From contig NIVC01001948.1 in the NCBI GenBank assembly GCA_002269645.1, forward strand, positions 155,166 through 219,165: a DNA stretch of 64,000 nucleotides, given 5' to 3'. Made by a program: the position numbers and the translations under genes. Source of the DNA: Macrostomum lignano. Taxonomy: Eukaryota. Position 1 is the first letter of the stretch. Every line of letters begins with the position of its first letter. Shown here piece by piece: positions 28,452 to 41,615 of this stretch. The notes under the pieces are model-generated. The model saw only the letters and a program-made list of their open reading frames with translations, was not told where the DNA came from and did no database searches.

Positions 28452-30769
28452 TTCAATGTAGAAAGTAAGTCAGATTACAGCTGCAAGAAAAATATATAGC
28501 ACTTAAATATTAAAAAGAATGCTTGACTATGCTACTAACCATTTTATTGTCTTGCAATATTTAAAACATTATTTAAAGCCAAAGGTAACATTTAATAGAG
28601 AAAACCTTAACAATGTTTTGTTTGTTTACTGAAATAAAAAACATGTTCCCTAACATCAAGCTATTATTATGCATGTATTTCATTAATGAAAAATACATTT
28701 CCGTAGTAAAGGCATATTTAAAAACAAAAAGTCAGTACCAAGTCTATATTACAGTTGATTTAAACAATATAAGGCTATTATGACAATAATGTAGCATATG
28801 CTATATACATGCAGTACAACTACTCAAGGAAGTTATTGAGTATCTTGAGTTTTTGTCTGAAAAATGGTAACTTTCTGGTACAATTATCGATACTATGTTT
28901 TATTAATCAATAAAATTTGATTAACTATCCATTCTGTGCAAAGCTGAACTTGCTAGTGCGTATTTTCGCAAAGAAACAAGTTAAAAGCTCATTATTTAAA
29001 AGATAAGACACCATAAGAATTTTTATACAATAATTTATTAGTAAAAAAGTGTTTTCATTTTGAAATGAGCTAAGTGAGAAATATCGACTAAGAAAGTTAT
29101 TTTTTAGAAGTTTGTGGCTGGCGTCTGGCGAGGCATCACTGCTAGAAAAGGTAGGAAATTGGACACTTGTATAGCCGTTTGGAAATTAATGCCAGGGCAT
29201 TAACTCTAATTAGAGTTTTAACTCTAGTAAAAATATTGGTATCGGCTATCTAGCTTATTGCTCAACATAGATTTTTAGCATCAAACAAAGGTGGTACAAT
29301 ACATGTACAAAGTCTTACTGCAAGCATTTTGTTTGTATAAGAACTAAATCTGAGGTGTTAGAGCTTTTGTCAGCAGTAGCAGTTGTGCAACTAGTGTTAT
29401 TTATGAGAGAAAAGCTAATAGCTTTTAATAATTAAAATAAATTTTATGATTAAAAGTAAAATGCTTTGCTTTAAGTAATAAAAAGTAAAATGCATACTTG
29501 TAATTCTAGGCCCTCATATATTTATAAAAAACATTGAGACAATAATAATTCTTCTATTTACTTCTCTGAGGCAGTATGCATGCAGGTCGTCAATGTCATT
29601 ACATAATTCGAATGCAAAATGGTATGCAGCACTCAAGTAAAAACAGGAAACGTATGAAACAGCTGTCTATATGTTTTCAGTATATTTCAAGCAGCGCCTT
29701 TAAGTCGAATATTTATTTTTTTTGCACCTTGAATGTAGATGCCAAAGGTATCGATGACATTACCAGTGTGTTGTGTAGCGTGTAGTGTTTTTAAAAAACC
29801 ACTTTCTTAAAGCATAATAGTTGCCTAAGTTAAATAATTTCCGCGCGTGCCTATCAGAAGCAAAATTAAAAAGAATCTAAAACCTCCGAGCTATTTTCTA
29901 AATAAAATTTGTATTCATTAGTAAATTTCAATAATATTTCATTTTTGTACAGTATTAAAAATTTTGTGCAAAAATATTTGTTCGAAATGAAACCTCTGAA
30001 AAACCTCAAAACCTCCGAAACCTCTCGATGAGAATCACCCTCGGTTGCAACAGTTTTAATGTTAATTTAATCCTGCTAAAAAATTTCTAATTGCTTCCTT
30101 GGCAACCTACTACGGAGCGTTGGACTAATCAGTACTATATACTACCTAAAATAGCTTTGATCTATTGCCAAATTATGTCTATAATCAAATTATTATGTTC
30201 GTAATTGTTATAGATCTAACCTGTTCTGTTCTGTTCCTTCCTGCTAGTTAAAGTACATTGCCTCAAACTAAAAGTAAAATTTAATAAAATGATATCGTGA
30301 TTTTCTATTCATATATTGTCCTACTTATAAGCATAATGAAAGAGTAGGCCTACTGTATAGATGTTTATTTACTTTAGCTGAGGGTTTTTGATACAATTTT
30401 TTATTTTTACGTGGCATAGGACCTATAGGCAAGGACTAGACTCTTCACCCTTCAGTTCAATGAAGTGAGGCCATGATGGTCCTAGCCTATGACTTTCTAA
30501 TTATAATATGCATGCATGCTAAACAAAAGACAAATAGGAATTTAAACTAGTTTTTAGTAGACTAGTACTATAGTAGACAAAAGAAGAAAGAAAGAATACA
30601 GGAGGGGAGAAAAATAAGTAGAAATCTGTAGAGTAGAGTTTGAGAGAAAAGAGAGGAAATAAATGATAAAGGAACTCGTAAAGAAAAAAGATAAAAGAGT
30701 ATATATTTACAGAGACAAGATTAAAGGTATAAGAGCAGAGACAAAAGACAAAAGAAAAAAGGAAAAGTG

Positions 30770-33726
30770 TGTATTCTGTTTTGGGGCTGATATGCCTAAG
30801 AGGCTAAGTAATGCTGCCTCAATTCTGGTAGTAGGTTATTATATTTTCTTTATTGTTGCGGGCCAGCCAAGCACTTATACTAGTGCATAGGCCTACTTTA
30901 GGCTATAGAAAGAACATAATAATGAATATGTATTAATCCAAAATCTTCCCTTTACGAGCATAATACTAATAGTATATTGCATACAAGTAATGTTTGCTTC
31001 CCTTCCCCTCCTTGTCACAAGATCTTGGGTTCTCCAACTTCTTATATCAAAACCTGCATCCTGGAACCCCTTTGTTCAATCGTTGACTTTCCTTGGGACA
31101 ATATTCATAGTTGTTGGCTTAGGCATCAGTGTGTGTACAACTCTGGCTGGCTAGTAGGCTGGTAACATTATTGACAGGCAAATTATTGCTAATAAGCTGC
31201 TCTTGCAGCAGACACTTCCAGATAAATATAGTTTTAATGCAGGATCCGGCCACTGGCCAGCTTGATGTGGTAGTCTCAGTGCTTGCCAACTTCTACAATT
31301 ATCCCTTTAGTTTCCTAGCACTTTATTACTAGACTCTGAAGAACAACATGAGCTCCAATGTGGAAAGATAGCAAACATCATTTTGTCACATTGTAGCATT
31401 CTTGAATGCACGCTTGAACTCTTGCTACAGTCCTCTCTATCTTATAGATCTTATCCTTCCAAACCTTGGCAAAACTCTTTTGGTGAACTAGTAAAGTATC
31501 CTATACTGGGTGTCCAAATATCATAATAGAAGGCACTCTACCATCATATAGCAGAGTATTACGCAGCTGCAACAAGCCTTGTGCTAACTTGTCTTTGTCA
31601 ATGTCATTTGCACGGTCATCCCATGCTTCACGTATAATTTTCTTTATGCTCTTGACAGCAGCCTCAGCTCTGCCATTACTTTGATAATGATAAAGAGATA
31701 TGTGTTGAATCTGCACTCTCCAGCAACTCAAAAAATAACAAAGTTATTGCTTTAAATTGAGGACTAAAGTCTAAGCAAAGTTTTTCAGGCACTGATGTAT
31801 AGTAGAAAAGTTATTGACATGCATTAATGAGTTTATAAGTTGGTGCTCAATAACCAAAGTTCCACAGAGATGGCCAACCAAAATAGGCATCCATGATTAC
31901 TAAGAACTTTTTGTTGGCATATTCATAGAAATTTGCATATACGAGTCTGTGCTAAAAACATCATTCTGGTAGATTTAATATGCTCATAGGCTCCCTAACT
32001 TGTGACGGGAAGTGTTCCTGGCATGACTTATATTGTCTTGTAGTGCTCTCAATGTCTCAGTCGATGCCTGGCCATTCTAGCCCTCTGTTTTGTCTTGGTA
32101 ATTCCTTGGTGGCTTGAGTTTAGCTGTATAAGAACTTGCTTTCTCAAAGCTTGTGGCACAATGCATTGACTTTCACAGAGGATGATCCCATTTTTGATAG
32201 TAAGCTTTTTGTGCACATTCTAGAATGGTTGCACATTGTTGGGCATATTGGCCTTGTCATTTGGAAATCTGTCTGTAATGTGCTGCTTTAGGTCCTGCAG
32301 ATCCTGAACAATAGTTGTGTTCTCTTACACTCTACACAAGCTAGGGTCTAGTTCTGCACTTTTTAGCATCATGATAAGCAATTATAACAGGTAAAAGTCT
32401 GCTGATTCTGCTAGCCTATCTTGTTGAGTCAGATAATCTATAGGTGCTCTTGATGGATCATCAGCATTGGCATTGTCTTTGAATAGCAGACTCAGTTGTA
32501 GTGACCTTTTCTTATCACAGTGCAACAAATTTTGTTTTTGGCCAGACATGGCTTACCGCAGTCTTTAGACTTGCCACAGTAGCCACATTGAGGATTGTTA
32601 GCTTGAATGCTTGGCCCTTTGCCAATCCAGGATGCTTTGTCTTCTTGTAGGCTAACATTTTCAATGCGTGCATATTGGAAGACTTGCAAATTTTGTCTTT
32701 CTGTTTTACGCATGCTTCTTCAGATTGGCAAATTGTAATTGCCTTGGAGAGACTGATTTTTAGCTGAGCCAGTAGGCATTTTACAATATCTAGATCTTTG
32801 AGGACTTTCTGAGTCCTCATCAAGTCTCTTAATTCTATTATATAGTTAGAGAATGTTTTGCCATCCTTTTGCTGACAAGTCTAGAACTAATTGCACTCAA
32901 CAATGATGTTCACTTGCCCAAGTAGGTGCTCCCATAGAGTCTTGATGACCAATTCCGGGTCTCGAAGTTGTTTCACAGATAGGGGCAGGTTTTTGTATTT
33001 GTTGAATGTTGTAGCAGAGAAAGAGTTTAGAACGCAGGCCTTGCAGTGGGCGGATTTCTGTGCCTTCACTTTAAGGCTATCCGCTTTGCTTAGCTTGACC
33101 CCCATTGCCTCAAAATAGTTGCTTGCAATGCGCCAAACTCATTTATAGTATCTGTTGCTAGATTAAGATGCGGGATCTGTAGCCCAAGAAGGCTGAACTG
33201 ACTAGTACTTGTAGTCACAGTAGTTGCTCCTGCTCCTTGGCTTGTCATTGGTCTTGTAGGCAATATTGATTGAGGGGCCTTTGATCCATACATGCGCGAC
33301 AGTCGGCCAAGTTGGCCAATCTGGCCAACCGATTTGGCGGCCAAACAAGGAAGTCGCAAAAATGCCCACCCAAAAAATACCCAAAAAATACTTAATAAGA
33401 CAGTCATAGTTACTCCTGCCGTTTACTCAAAGTAGCGTTAATTTTGCTTTACGCTACTTACGCTAGGGTTTTTTACATGTAAGTCGCATTTTGTTAAAAC
33501 TAAGTTGCATGGCCAACCAAATTTTGGAGGTTGCGCATGTATGCTTTGATCCCATTGCTGGATTTGGGCTTTTGCTCATTCTTGCCAATCAGCTTGATGC
33601 TAGCAGCAGGTCAGATTAACTGCTTGCAATGCCATGTTCTATTTTGGGGCTGATATGCCCAAGTAATGTTGCCTCAATTCTGGCAATAGGTTATTAAATT
33701 TTCTTTATTGTTGCGGGCCAGCCAGG
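30770..33726 (-). mobile_element. Degenerate, internally deleted LTR retrotransposon (Ty3/Gypsy-like)
   Basis: ~90-bp direct repeats at 30770-30870 and 33635-33726 (TG-start on plus, AATAAA on minus). PBS-like TGGCATTGCAAGCA next to the 5' LTR (33634-33621) and a purine tract at ~31013-30997. Gag fragments with a zinc knuckle (CGYCGKSKDCGKPCLAKNKIC) and an integrase fragment (HYQSNGRAEAAVKSIKK...GLLQLRNT...PSIMIFGHPV). Many stop codons. Confidence 0.8.
33396..33426 (-). other. 31-nt 28S rRNA look-alike (sequence just upstream of the R2 insertion site) inside the retroelement 5' UTR
   Basis: Minus strand GTAAACGGCAGGAGTAACTATGACTGTCTTA vs conserved 28S GTAAACGGCGGGAGTAACTATGACTCTCTTA, 29/31 identical (28S sequence recalled, not searched). 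Confidence 0.8.
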
Positions 33727-34489
33727 CTTTCTAAAAATTGCTTTTAATTAGTATCAAAGATTTTAACTATGGTATATAGAATATAATAAAAAAGTAATAG
33801 GTTATGGCCAATTATAAGACATTAAAGCTAGCAATGATAGAAAATTTTGTGCTTTGAAAAATATTTCACCAAAAGGTCATTCCATGGGATCATGTGTATA
33901 GTATTAGAAACATTTTTATTTATTTAAAACAATTTGAAAAAAATCTCTGTTTTGAAAAGGTAAATTTCACTTTTAAGACCTTTTGGCAGAGACCTGTCTA
34001 CAACACTATCCAACTTGATATTATAATATGGTTGGTTTGTTGCTTTTCCAAGTTTTTATGCCATTTTTGTATTTGTTATCAATGTTTAAAGCATCAAATT
34101 CCTTCCTCAGTTTCTTGACAGACCCAAGATCAATCGACAAGAGTCGATATGATTAGATGAATGATTCTATTTTTAATTAATATTTGCAGACATGCTGTGG
34201 GCACCCTGGCGCAATGCTCAAAAAATATTTACTGCGCTTTTTGTTAGTAACTAAAATCTGGATAGAATATAATTTATGACCAGCGGACCTATCCATAAGC
34301 AATCAAATTCACTGACAATTTGCTCATTTTTCTCTCTTAAACCAGATGAATCAACAGTCATCAATTATTAATCAAAGATTTCTTTCATCACACTCGCACA
34401 TGCGGGCAGCTGAATGAAAGCAGATGGGAATCTTTGTCATTTTGGCTTTGTAAATCCCCTGGTTAGTTTTTAGCTGTGTCATATGTCAT

Positions 34490-34762
34490 CTATCTGTCAG
34501 GAATCTCACTAATCCATCTGTCAGGAATCTCACTAATCCATCTGTCAGGAATCTCACTAATCCATCTGTCAGGAATCTCTCACTAATCCATCTGTCAGGA
34601 ATCTCTCACTAATCCATCTGTCAGGAACATCTCACTAATCCATCTGTCAGGAATCTCTCACTAATCCATCTGTCAGGAATCTCTCACTAATCCATCTGTC
34701 AGGAATCTCTCACTAATCCATCTGTCAGGAATCTCTCACTAATCCATCTGTCAGGAATCTCT
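34490..34762. repeat. 24-26-bp minisatellite (AATCTCTCACTAATCCATCTGTCAGG) upstream of SNX27
   Basis: Tandem periodicity, ~10 copies. Confidence 0.93.
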
Positions 34763-35082
34763 AATTTATCTCATGGAGTACCATTGCTCATTGATTTATA
34801 GAATAATTGACCCTATTTCAAACCTTAATAATCTCGCTGTGCTTAAATGTACTTTGGCACTTAGCCAACGCCCTAATTTGTCCCTGAAAATCGCATTTAC
34901 GCTTAAAAATGAAAATCAGCAAATGGTTAGTCCTTTTCTGAATAGAAAAATGCCTAGATCCCGATCTGCTTCAATTCATTTTGGGCGTGGTTATTCCTAG
35001 TCCTTAATATTACTATTTTTTACTATTTTAATCTACTATGAGTAGTGCAAATGATAATAAACTGTAAAATTTTTATTTCCTG

Positions 35083-36901
35083 TCGGATGATGAGGAAGAT
35101 TTCCGGCCTGGCGCCGGCGGGGGCGGCGGCCTGAGGCCGAGAGTTGTAGCTATTAATAAAAGCGACACGGGTTTCGGTTTTAACGTTCGCGGTCAGGTCA
35201 CTGAGGGCGGACAATTAAGGTCAATCAATGGGGAACTGTTCGCTCCTCTGCAGCACGTTAGCGCTGTTCTTCCGGGCGGCGCTGCTGACCAGGCTGGGTT
35301 ATTGAAAGGCGATCGAATTATTGAAGTGAATGGCGTTAATGTGGAAGGCTCCACTCACAAGCAGGTGAAGGGTTTATGCATTCTCATGTTACTCTATCTC
35401 TCTGTAGCTAGTGCCCCATATGTAGCTGATGGCCGCTATGTAGCTGCTGCCCCCTCCGTAGCTGGCGCCCCCTCTGTAGCTGGTGCCCCCCTCTGTAGCT
35501 GGTACCCCCCTCTGTAGCTGGTGCCCCCCTCTGTAGCTGATGCCCCCTCTGTAGCTGGTGCCCCCCTCTGTAGCTGGTGCCCCCTCTGTAGCTGGTGCCC
35601 CCCTTTGTAGCTGATGCCCCCTATGTAGCTGGTGCCCCCCTCTGTAGCTGATGCTCCTCTGTAGCTGATGCTCCTCTGTAGCTGATGCTCCTCTGTAGCT
35701 GATGCTCCCTCTGTAGCTGATGCTCCTCTGTAGCTGATGCTCCTCTGTAGCTGATGCTCCTCTGTAGCTGATGCTCCTCTGTAGCTGATGCTCCTCTGTA
35801 GCTGATGCTCCTCTGTAGCTGATGCTCCCTCTGTAGCTGATGCTCCTCTGTAGCTGATGCTCCTCTGTAGCTGATGCCCCTCTGTAGCTGATGCTCCTCT
35901 GTAGCTGATGCTCCTCTGTAGCTGATGCTCCTCTGTAGCTGATGCTCCTCTGTAGCTGATGCTCCTCTGTAGCTGATGCCCCTCTGTAGCTGATGCTCCT
36001 CTGTAGCTGATGCTCCTCTGTAGCTGATGCTCCTCTGTAGCTGATGCTCCTCTGTAGCTGATGCTCCTCTGTAGCTGATGCTCCCTCTGTAGCTGATGCT
36101 CCCTCTGTAGCTGATGCTCCCTCTGTAGCTGATGCCCCCCCCCTTATGTAGCTGATACCCCCTCTGTAGCTGATGCCCCCCTCTGTATCTGGCGCCCTCT
36201 CTGTTTCTTAATTTACTACAACAAATATAACCATACACAATAATACAATACACAGGTGGTGGATCTCATCAAGTCCGGACGGGACCAGCTGATTCTAACC
36301 GTTATCTCCGTGCCTAACGGCGGCGGTAGCGGCGGTGGCTTCGGAGGCGGCGGCGTCGGCGCGCCCGGCGACCCCTGCTTGGAGCCGAGCGACACCTCGT
36401 CGGGTGGCAGCGCCATAGACTATTCGGACAAGCGAACCCTGCCCGTATCGATTCCTGACTGTCAGGCTATTGAGGTGGATAACGAAAAATACGTGGTATT
36501 CAATGTGTACATGGCTGGCAGGCACCTGTGCTCGCATCGCTACTCAGATTTTGCTAGCCTGCATCAATTGCTGAGGCGGGAATTTCCCGACTTTGGATTT
36601 CCTAGTCTGCCAGGTGAGTGCGTGCTCTGTTATAAATTGAGCAGTCTGTAGATGTCTGTAGCATTTTCTACCTAGCATTTTAGTATTAAATTACTTTTAG
36701 TAGAAATAGCGAAATATCACGTACATGAAGATAAAAATCAACGATTTTTTCGATACACTACTGGTAGTAGAAACATTGGACATAGAAATAAATCGTATCT
36801 ATTAGATGATCTATAAATTTTCTGGACAATATCTATTATATGTATATGTATATGTTATATGTACTTTGTCTATATGTATATGTATTTATAATTTATATAT
36901 G

Positions 36902-36936
<35 letters not shown>

Positions 36937-39900
36937 TTATAAAGCAGTGTCTATAGAGGGCACTAAATCTCTAAAGCAACACCTGAGTGTCTCGAGATCT
37001 ATGAAGCAACATCTGACATCTCTATGAGTGTCTTTAGATCTATAAAACAACGTCTATTAGGGTATCTAGATCTATAAAGCAACATGTCTATAAGTGTCTC
37101 TAGATCTATAAAGCAACATGTCTATAAGTGTCTCTAGATCTATAAAGCAACATGTCTATAAGGGTCTCTAGATCTATAAAGCAACATCTACAAGTTAAGT
37201 GCCTCTAGATATATAAAGCAACATCTACAAGTTAAGTGTCTCTAGATCTATAAAGCAACATCTACAAGTTAAGGGTCTCTAGATCTATAAAGCAACATCT
37301 AGAAGTTAAGTGCCTCTAGATCTATAAAGCAACATCTACAAGTTAAGTGTCTCTAGATCTATAAAGCAACATCTACAAGTTAAGTGCCTCTAGATATATA
37401 AAGCAACATCTACAAGTTAAGTGTCTCTAGATCTATAAAGCAACATGTCTATAAGGATCTCTAGATCTATAAAGCAACATCTATAAGTGTCTCTAGATCT
37501 ATAGAGCAACATCTACAAGTTAAGGGTCTCTAGATCTATAAAGCAACATCTACAAGTTAAGTGTCTCTAGATCTATAAAGCAACATGTCTATAAGGATCT
37601 CTAGATCTATAAAGCAACATCTACAAGTTAAGGGTCTCTAGATCTATAAAGCAACATCTCTATAAGTGTCTCTACTTACACAAAGCAAATCATAAAAGAC
37701 TCGAAAATATTTAGATAATAATTATTAAAACGAAGGTAAACCGACTGCTCTCCAACTGACAGGTCGCTGGCCGTTCGCCCTGAGCGAGCAGCAACTGGAC
37801 AGCCGTCGCCGAGGCCTAGAAAAATATCTGGAACGCGTCTGCGCTGTCCGCGTCATCGCTGAATGCTCGGCTATGCAGGAGTTTCTAACCAGCTCCGATC
37901 CGCATGCTGATGTAGAAATGAAAGTGCTGCTACCAGATCGAAGATTAGTTGCTATCCGGTGTGGCCGAACTGAGAAAGCTATTAACGTTGTATCGCTAGT
38001 GCTGGACAAGGCCGGCTTGTCAACGCCTGCCCAACAGCAGCAGCAGCAATTGTTGCGCAACTCTTTTGCGCTATTCGAAACCGAAGAAGAGGGATTCGAT
38101 AGGCGGGTTGCCGACTCTGAGCAGCCGCACGCTCTGTATGTGCAAAATTATTGCAGCTCGGCCGTGTCAGCCGCTACCTGCCTGCTGCTCAAACGGTGGC
38201 TGTTCAGTCCCTCAGCTGAGGCTGCCCTGATCTCGGCTAGTAGCGCCGCCCTGCACTTGCTGTGCGCTCAGGCTGTTGAAGAGGCCTGTCAGGTACTTTG
38301 TAGCTTTCGGGTCTTTGTATCTAATCAGTGGTCTTTGTAGCTTTCGGGTCTTTGTATCTAATTAGTGGTCTTTGTAGCATTCGGGTCTTTGTATCTAATC
38401 AGTGGTCTTTGTAGCTTTCGGGTCTTTGTATCTAATCAGTGGTCTTTGTAGCATTCGGGTCTTTGTATCTAATCAGTGGTCTTTGTAGCATTCGGGTTTT
38501 TGTATCTAATCAGTGGTCTTTGTAGCATTCGGGTCTTTGTATCTAATCAGTGGTCTTTGTAGCATTCGGGTCTTTGTATCTAATCAGTGTTCTTTGTAGC
38601 ATTCGGGTCTTTGTAACATTCGGGTCTTTGTATCTAATCAGTGGTCTTTGTAGCATTCGGGTTTTTGTATCTAATCAGTGGTCTTTGTAGCATTCGGGTT
38701 TTTGATCTAATTAGTGGTCTTTGTAGTTTTCAGGTCTTTGTTTGTATCTAATTAGTGGTCTTTGTAGCTTTCAGGTCTTTGTTTGTATCTAATTAGTGGT
38801 CTTTGTAGCTTTCAAGTCTTCGTATTGATTTAATTAGTGGTCTTTGTAGCCTCTATCTTTTTGGATTTTCCCAATTCGCAGTCTTTGTAGTATAGTTTCA
38901 CTCTCTGTGTTTCTACATTTCTACATGCTCCAGTATTTGTTTCCTTCATTTGTTTTGTTTACAAATGTGACACCCTCTCCCTACAGGGCTTCCTCATACA
39001 GGCCACTCCGGAGATGAAGCGCGCTCAGGAGCGCCTTGCCGAGCCGGGTGGCGAAGCCGAATACCTCAGCTTGGCCAGGCAACAACCTGGCTACGCCGAG
39101 GTGGCGTTTCCGCACTGCCCCTGCGACGCTAGAAAAGAGGGCCGCGTCATTCCACGGCTGGGCTGGGCGGCTCTGCGACTGCAGGCAGCCGACGAGATTG
39201 GCGCGCCGTTGGAACAGGTGAGACTTCAGAACGGACACTTCAGCATCTCTCACTTCCGGTTTTCATTGTTTACTCCAGTATCTCATTTCCGGTTTCCACT
39301 GTTAACTTCAGCATCCCTCACTTCCGGTTTCCACTGTTAACTTCAGCATCCCTCACTTCCGGTTTCCACTGTTAACTTCAGCATCCCTCACTTCCGGTTT
39401 CCACTGTTAACTTCAGCATCCCTCACTTCCGGTTTCCACTGTTAACTTCAGCATCCCTCACTTCCGGTTTCCACTGTTAACTTCAGCATCCCTCACTTCC
39501 GGTTTCCACTGTTAACTTCAGCATCCCTCACTTCCGGTTTCCATTGTTCAATTCAGCATCCCTCAATTCCGGTTTCCATTGTTTATTTCAGCATCCCTCA
39601 CTTCCAGTTTCCATTGTTCACTTCAACATTTTTGACTTCCGGTTTCCATTGTTCACTTCAGCATCCCTCGCTTCCGATTTCCATTTTTCCCTTCAGCATC
39701 CCTCACTTCCGGTTTCCATTAATAACTTCAGCATCCCTCACTTCCGGTTTCCACTGTTAACTTCAGCATCCCTCACTTCCGGTTTCCACTGTTAACTTCA
39801 GCATCCCTCACTTCCGGTTTCCACTGTTAACTTCAGCATCCCTCACTTCCGGTTTCCACTGTTAACTTCAGCATCCCTCACTTCCGGTTTCCACTGTTAA

Positions 39901-41229
39901 CTTCAGCATCCCTCACTTCCGGTTTCCATTGTTCAATTCAGCATCCCTCAATTCCGGTTTCCATTGTTTATTTCAGCATCCCTCACTTCCAGTTTCCATT
40001 GTTCACTTCAACATTTTTGACTTCCGGTTTCCATTGTTCACTTCAGCATCCCTCGCTTCCGATTTCCATTTTTCCCTTCAGCATCCCTCACTTCCGGTTT
40101 CCATTAATAACTTCAGCATCCCTCACTTCCTGTTTCCATTAATAACTTCAGCATCCCGGGTCATTTCCGGTTTCGACTGTTAACTTCAACAACATCCCTC
40201 ACTTCCTGTTTCCATTAATAACTTCAGCATCCCGGGTCACTTCCGGTTTCCACTGTTAACTTCAGCATCCCGGGTCACTTCCGGTTTCCACTGTTAACTT
40301 CAGCATCCCGGGTCATTTCCGGTTTCCACTGTTAACTTCAACAACATCCCTCACTTCCTGTTTCCATTAATAACTTCAGCATCCCGGGTCACTTCCGGTT
40401 TCCACTGTTAACTTCAGCATCCCGGGTCACTTCCGGTTTCCACTGTTAACTTCAGCATCCCGGGTCATTTCCGGTTTCGACTGTTAACTTCAACAACATC
40501 CCTCATTTCCTGTTTCCATTAATAACTTCAGCATCCCGGGTCACTTCCGGTTTCCACTGTTAACTTCAGCATCCCGGGTCACTTCCGGTTTCCACTGTTA
40601 ACTTCAGCATCCCGGGTCATTTCCGGTTTCCACTGTTAACTTCAACAACATCCCTCACTTCCTGTTTCCATTAATAACTTCAGCATCCCGGGTCACTTCC
40701 GGTTTCCACTGTTAACTTCAGCATCCCGGGTCACTTCCGGTTTCCACTGTTAACTTCAGCATCCCGGGTCATTTCCGGTTTCGACTGTTAACTTCAACAA
40801 CATCCCTCACTTCCTGTTTCCATTAATAACTTTAACATCCCGGGTCACTTCCTGTTTCCATTAATAACTTCAGCATCCCGCTTCCGGTTTCCACTGTTTA
40901 CTCCAACATTCCTCACTTTCGGTTTTAAATCTAGGCAATATTTATGGTTTATAAGCTCGATTCTTTAGTATCAATAATTACTTCGGATTGCCCGTCTCGA
41001 ATACATTGGTCCCTTCGCTGGAAAACAATCCCAGGTGATCAGATTCGATTGGTCGGACGTGCTAGCCTGGAGTTCAGACGAGGACACCGGCTGCTTCTGT
41101 CTGCAGGTTCGCCGGGCGGGCGGAAAGCCGCCCAGGCAGATCCGGCTGCACACACACCTGCACTCCGCTTTAGTCTACTGCTGCGAGCAGATCGCCAAAG
41201 AGCGCTTGGCCGAGAACGAGAGTGGTTGA
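35083..41229 (+). CDS. SNX27: Sorting nexin 27 (PDZ-PX-FERM-like), 5 exons; the start codon is not present in frame
   Basis: Exons ~35083/35095-35364, 36256-36613, 37763-38292, 38987-39217, 41035-41229. PDZ: [51 protein letters not shown]...THKQ|VVDLI. PX: [21 protein letters not shown]...[27 protein letters not shown]: [18 protein letters not shown]. Closely matches SNX27 as I recall it. Confidence 0.95.
35400..36200. repeat. 17-bp minisatellite (CTCTGTAGCTGATGCTC), SNX27 intron 1
   Basis: Tandem periodicity. Confidence 0.95.
36880..37675. repeat. (TA)n microsatellite followed by a 32-37-bp minisatellite (CTAGATCTATAAAGCAACATCTACAAGTTAAGTGTCT), SNX27 intron 2
   Basis: Tandem periodicity. 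Confidence 0.92.
38295..38860. repeat. 37-bp minisatellite (TCTTTGTAGCATTCGGGTCTTTGTATCTAATCAGTGG), SNX27 intron 3
   Basis: Starts at the splice donor; tandem periodicity. Confidence 0.93.
39235..40920. repeat. 35-37-bp minisatellite (TTAACTTCAGCATCCCTCACTTCCGGTTTCCACTG), SNX27 intron 4
   Basis: Tandem periodicity with a 385-bp higher-order duplication (39544 vs 39929). Confidence 0.95.
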
Positions 41230-41489
41230 TGTAAAACGATTGAAGAAAAACATAGCGAAGTCAAATTGATTTACTGTGTTCTACTACTTGTAGTAATAGT
41301 AGTAGTAGCAGTTTTTTTCGCTTGGGCGCCCCAGGTGTCAGTCCAGGCCGTTTTTATTGCGATACAATCAGTCTCCACTATTCATTGCGGATGGGATGGG
41401 TTGGCAAGCTAATATTTTGTATTATAAATAGTATTTTAATAACTCCTTTTTTATTAGAAACAGGGACTGTATTCACCCTGGTGCACTTT

Positions 41490-41615
41490 AAGCGACATTG
41501 TCACACAACCAGCATTGCTGCCCATTCCGCCGACTCCCCTGAGCAGGCAACAAGCGCAAGGATACGTACGCAGTCATACGCACAGGCACACACTCACACA
41601 GGAGTGTACAGCGGC
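41490..41615. repeat. Dispersed repeat related to 23650-23765
   Basis: Shared blocks GTCACACAACCAG, ATTCCGCYGACTCCC, CACACACTCACACAGG and ACAGCGG in the same order. Confidence 0.6.
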
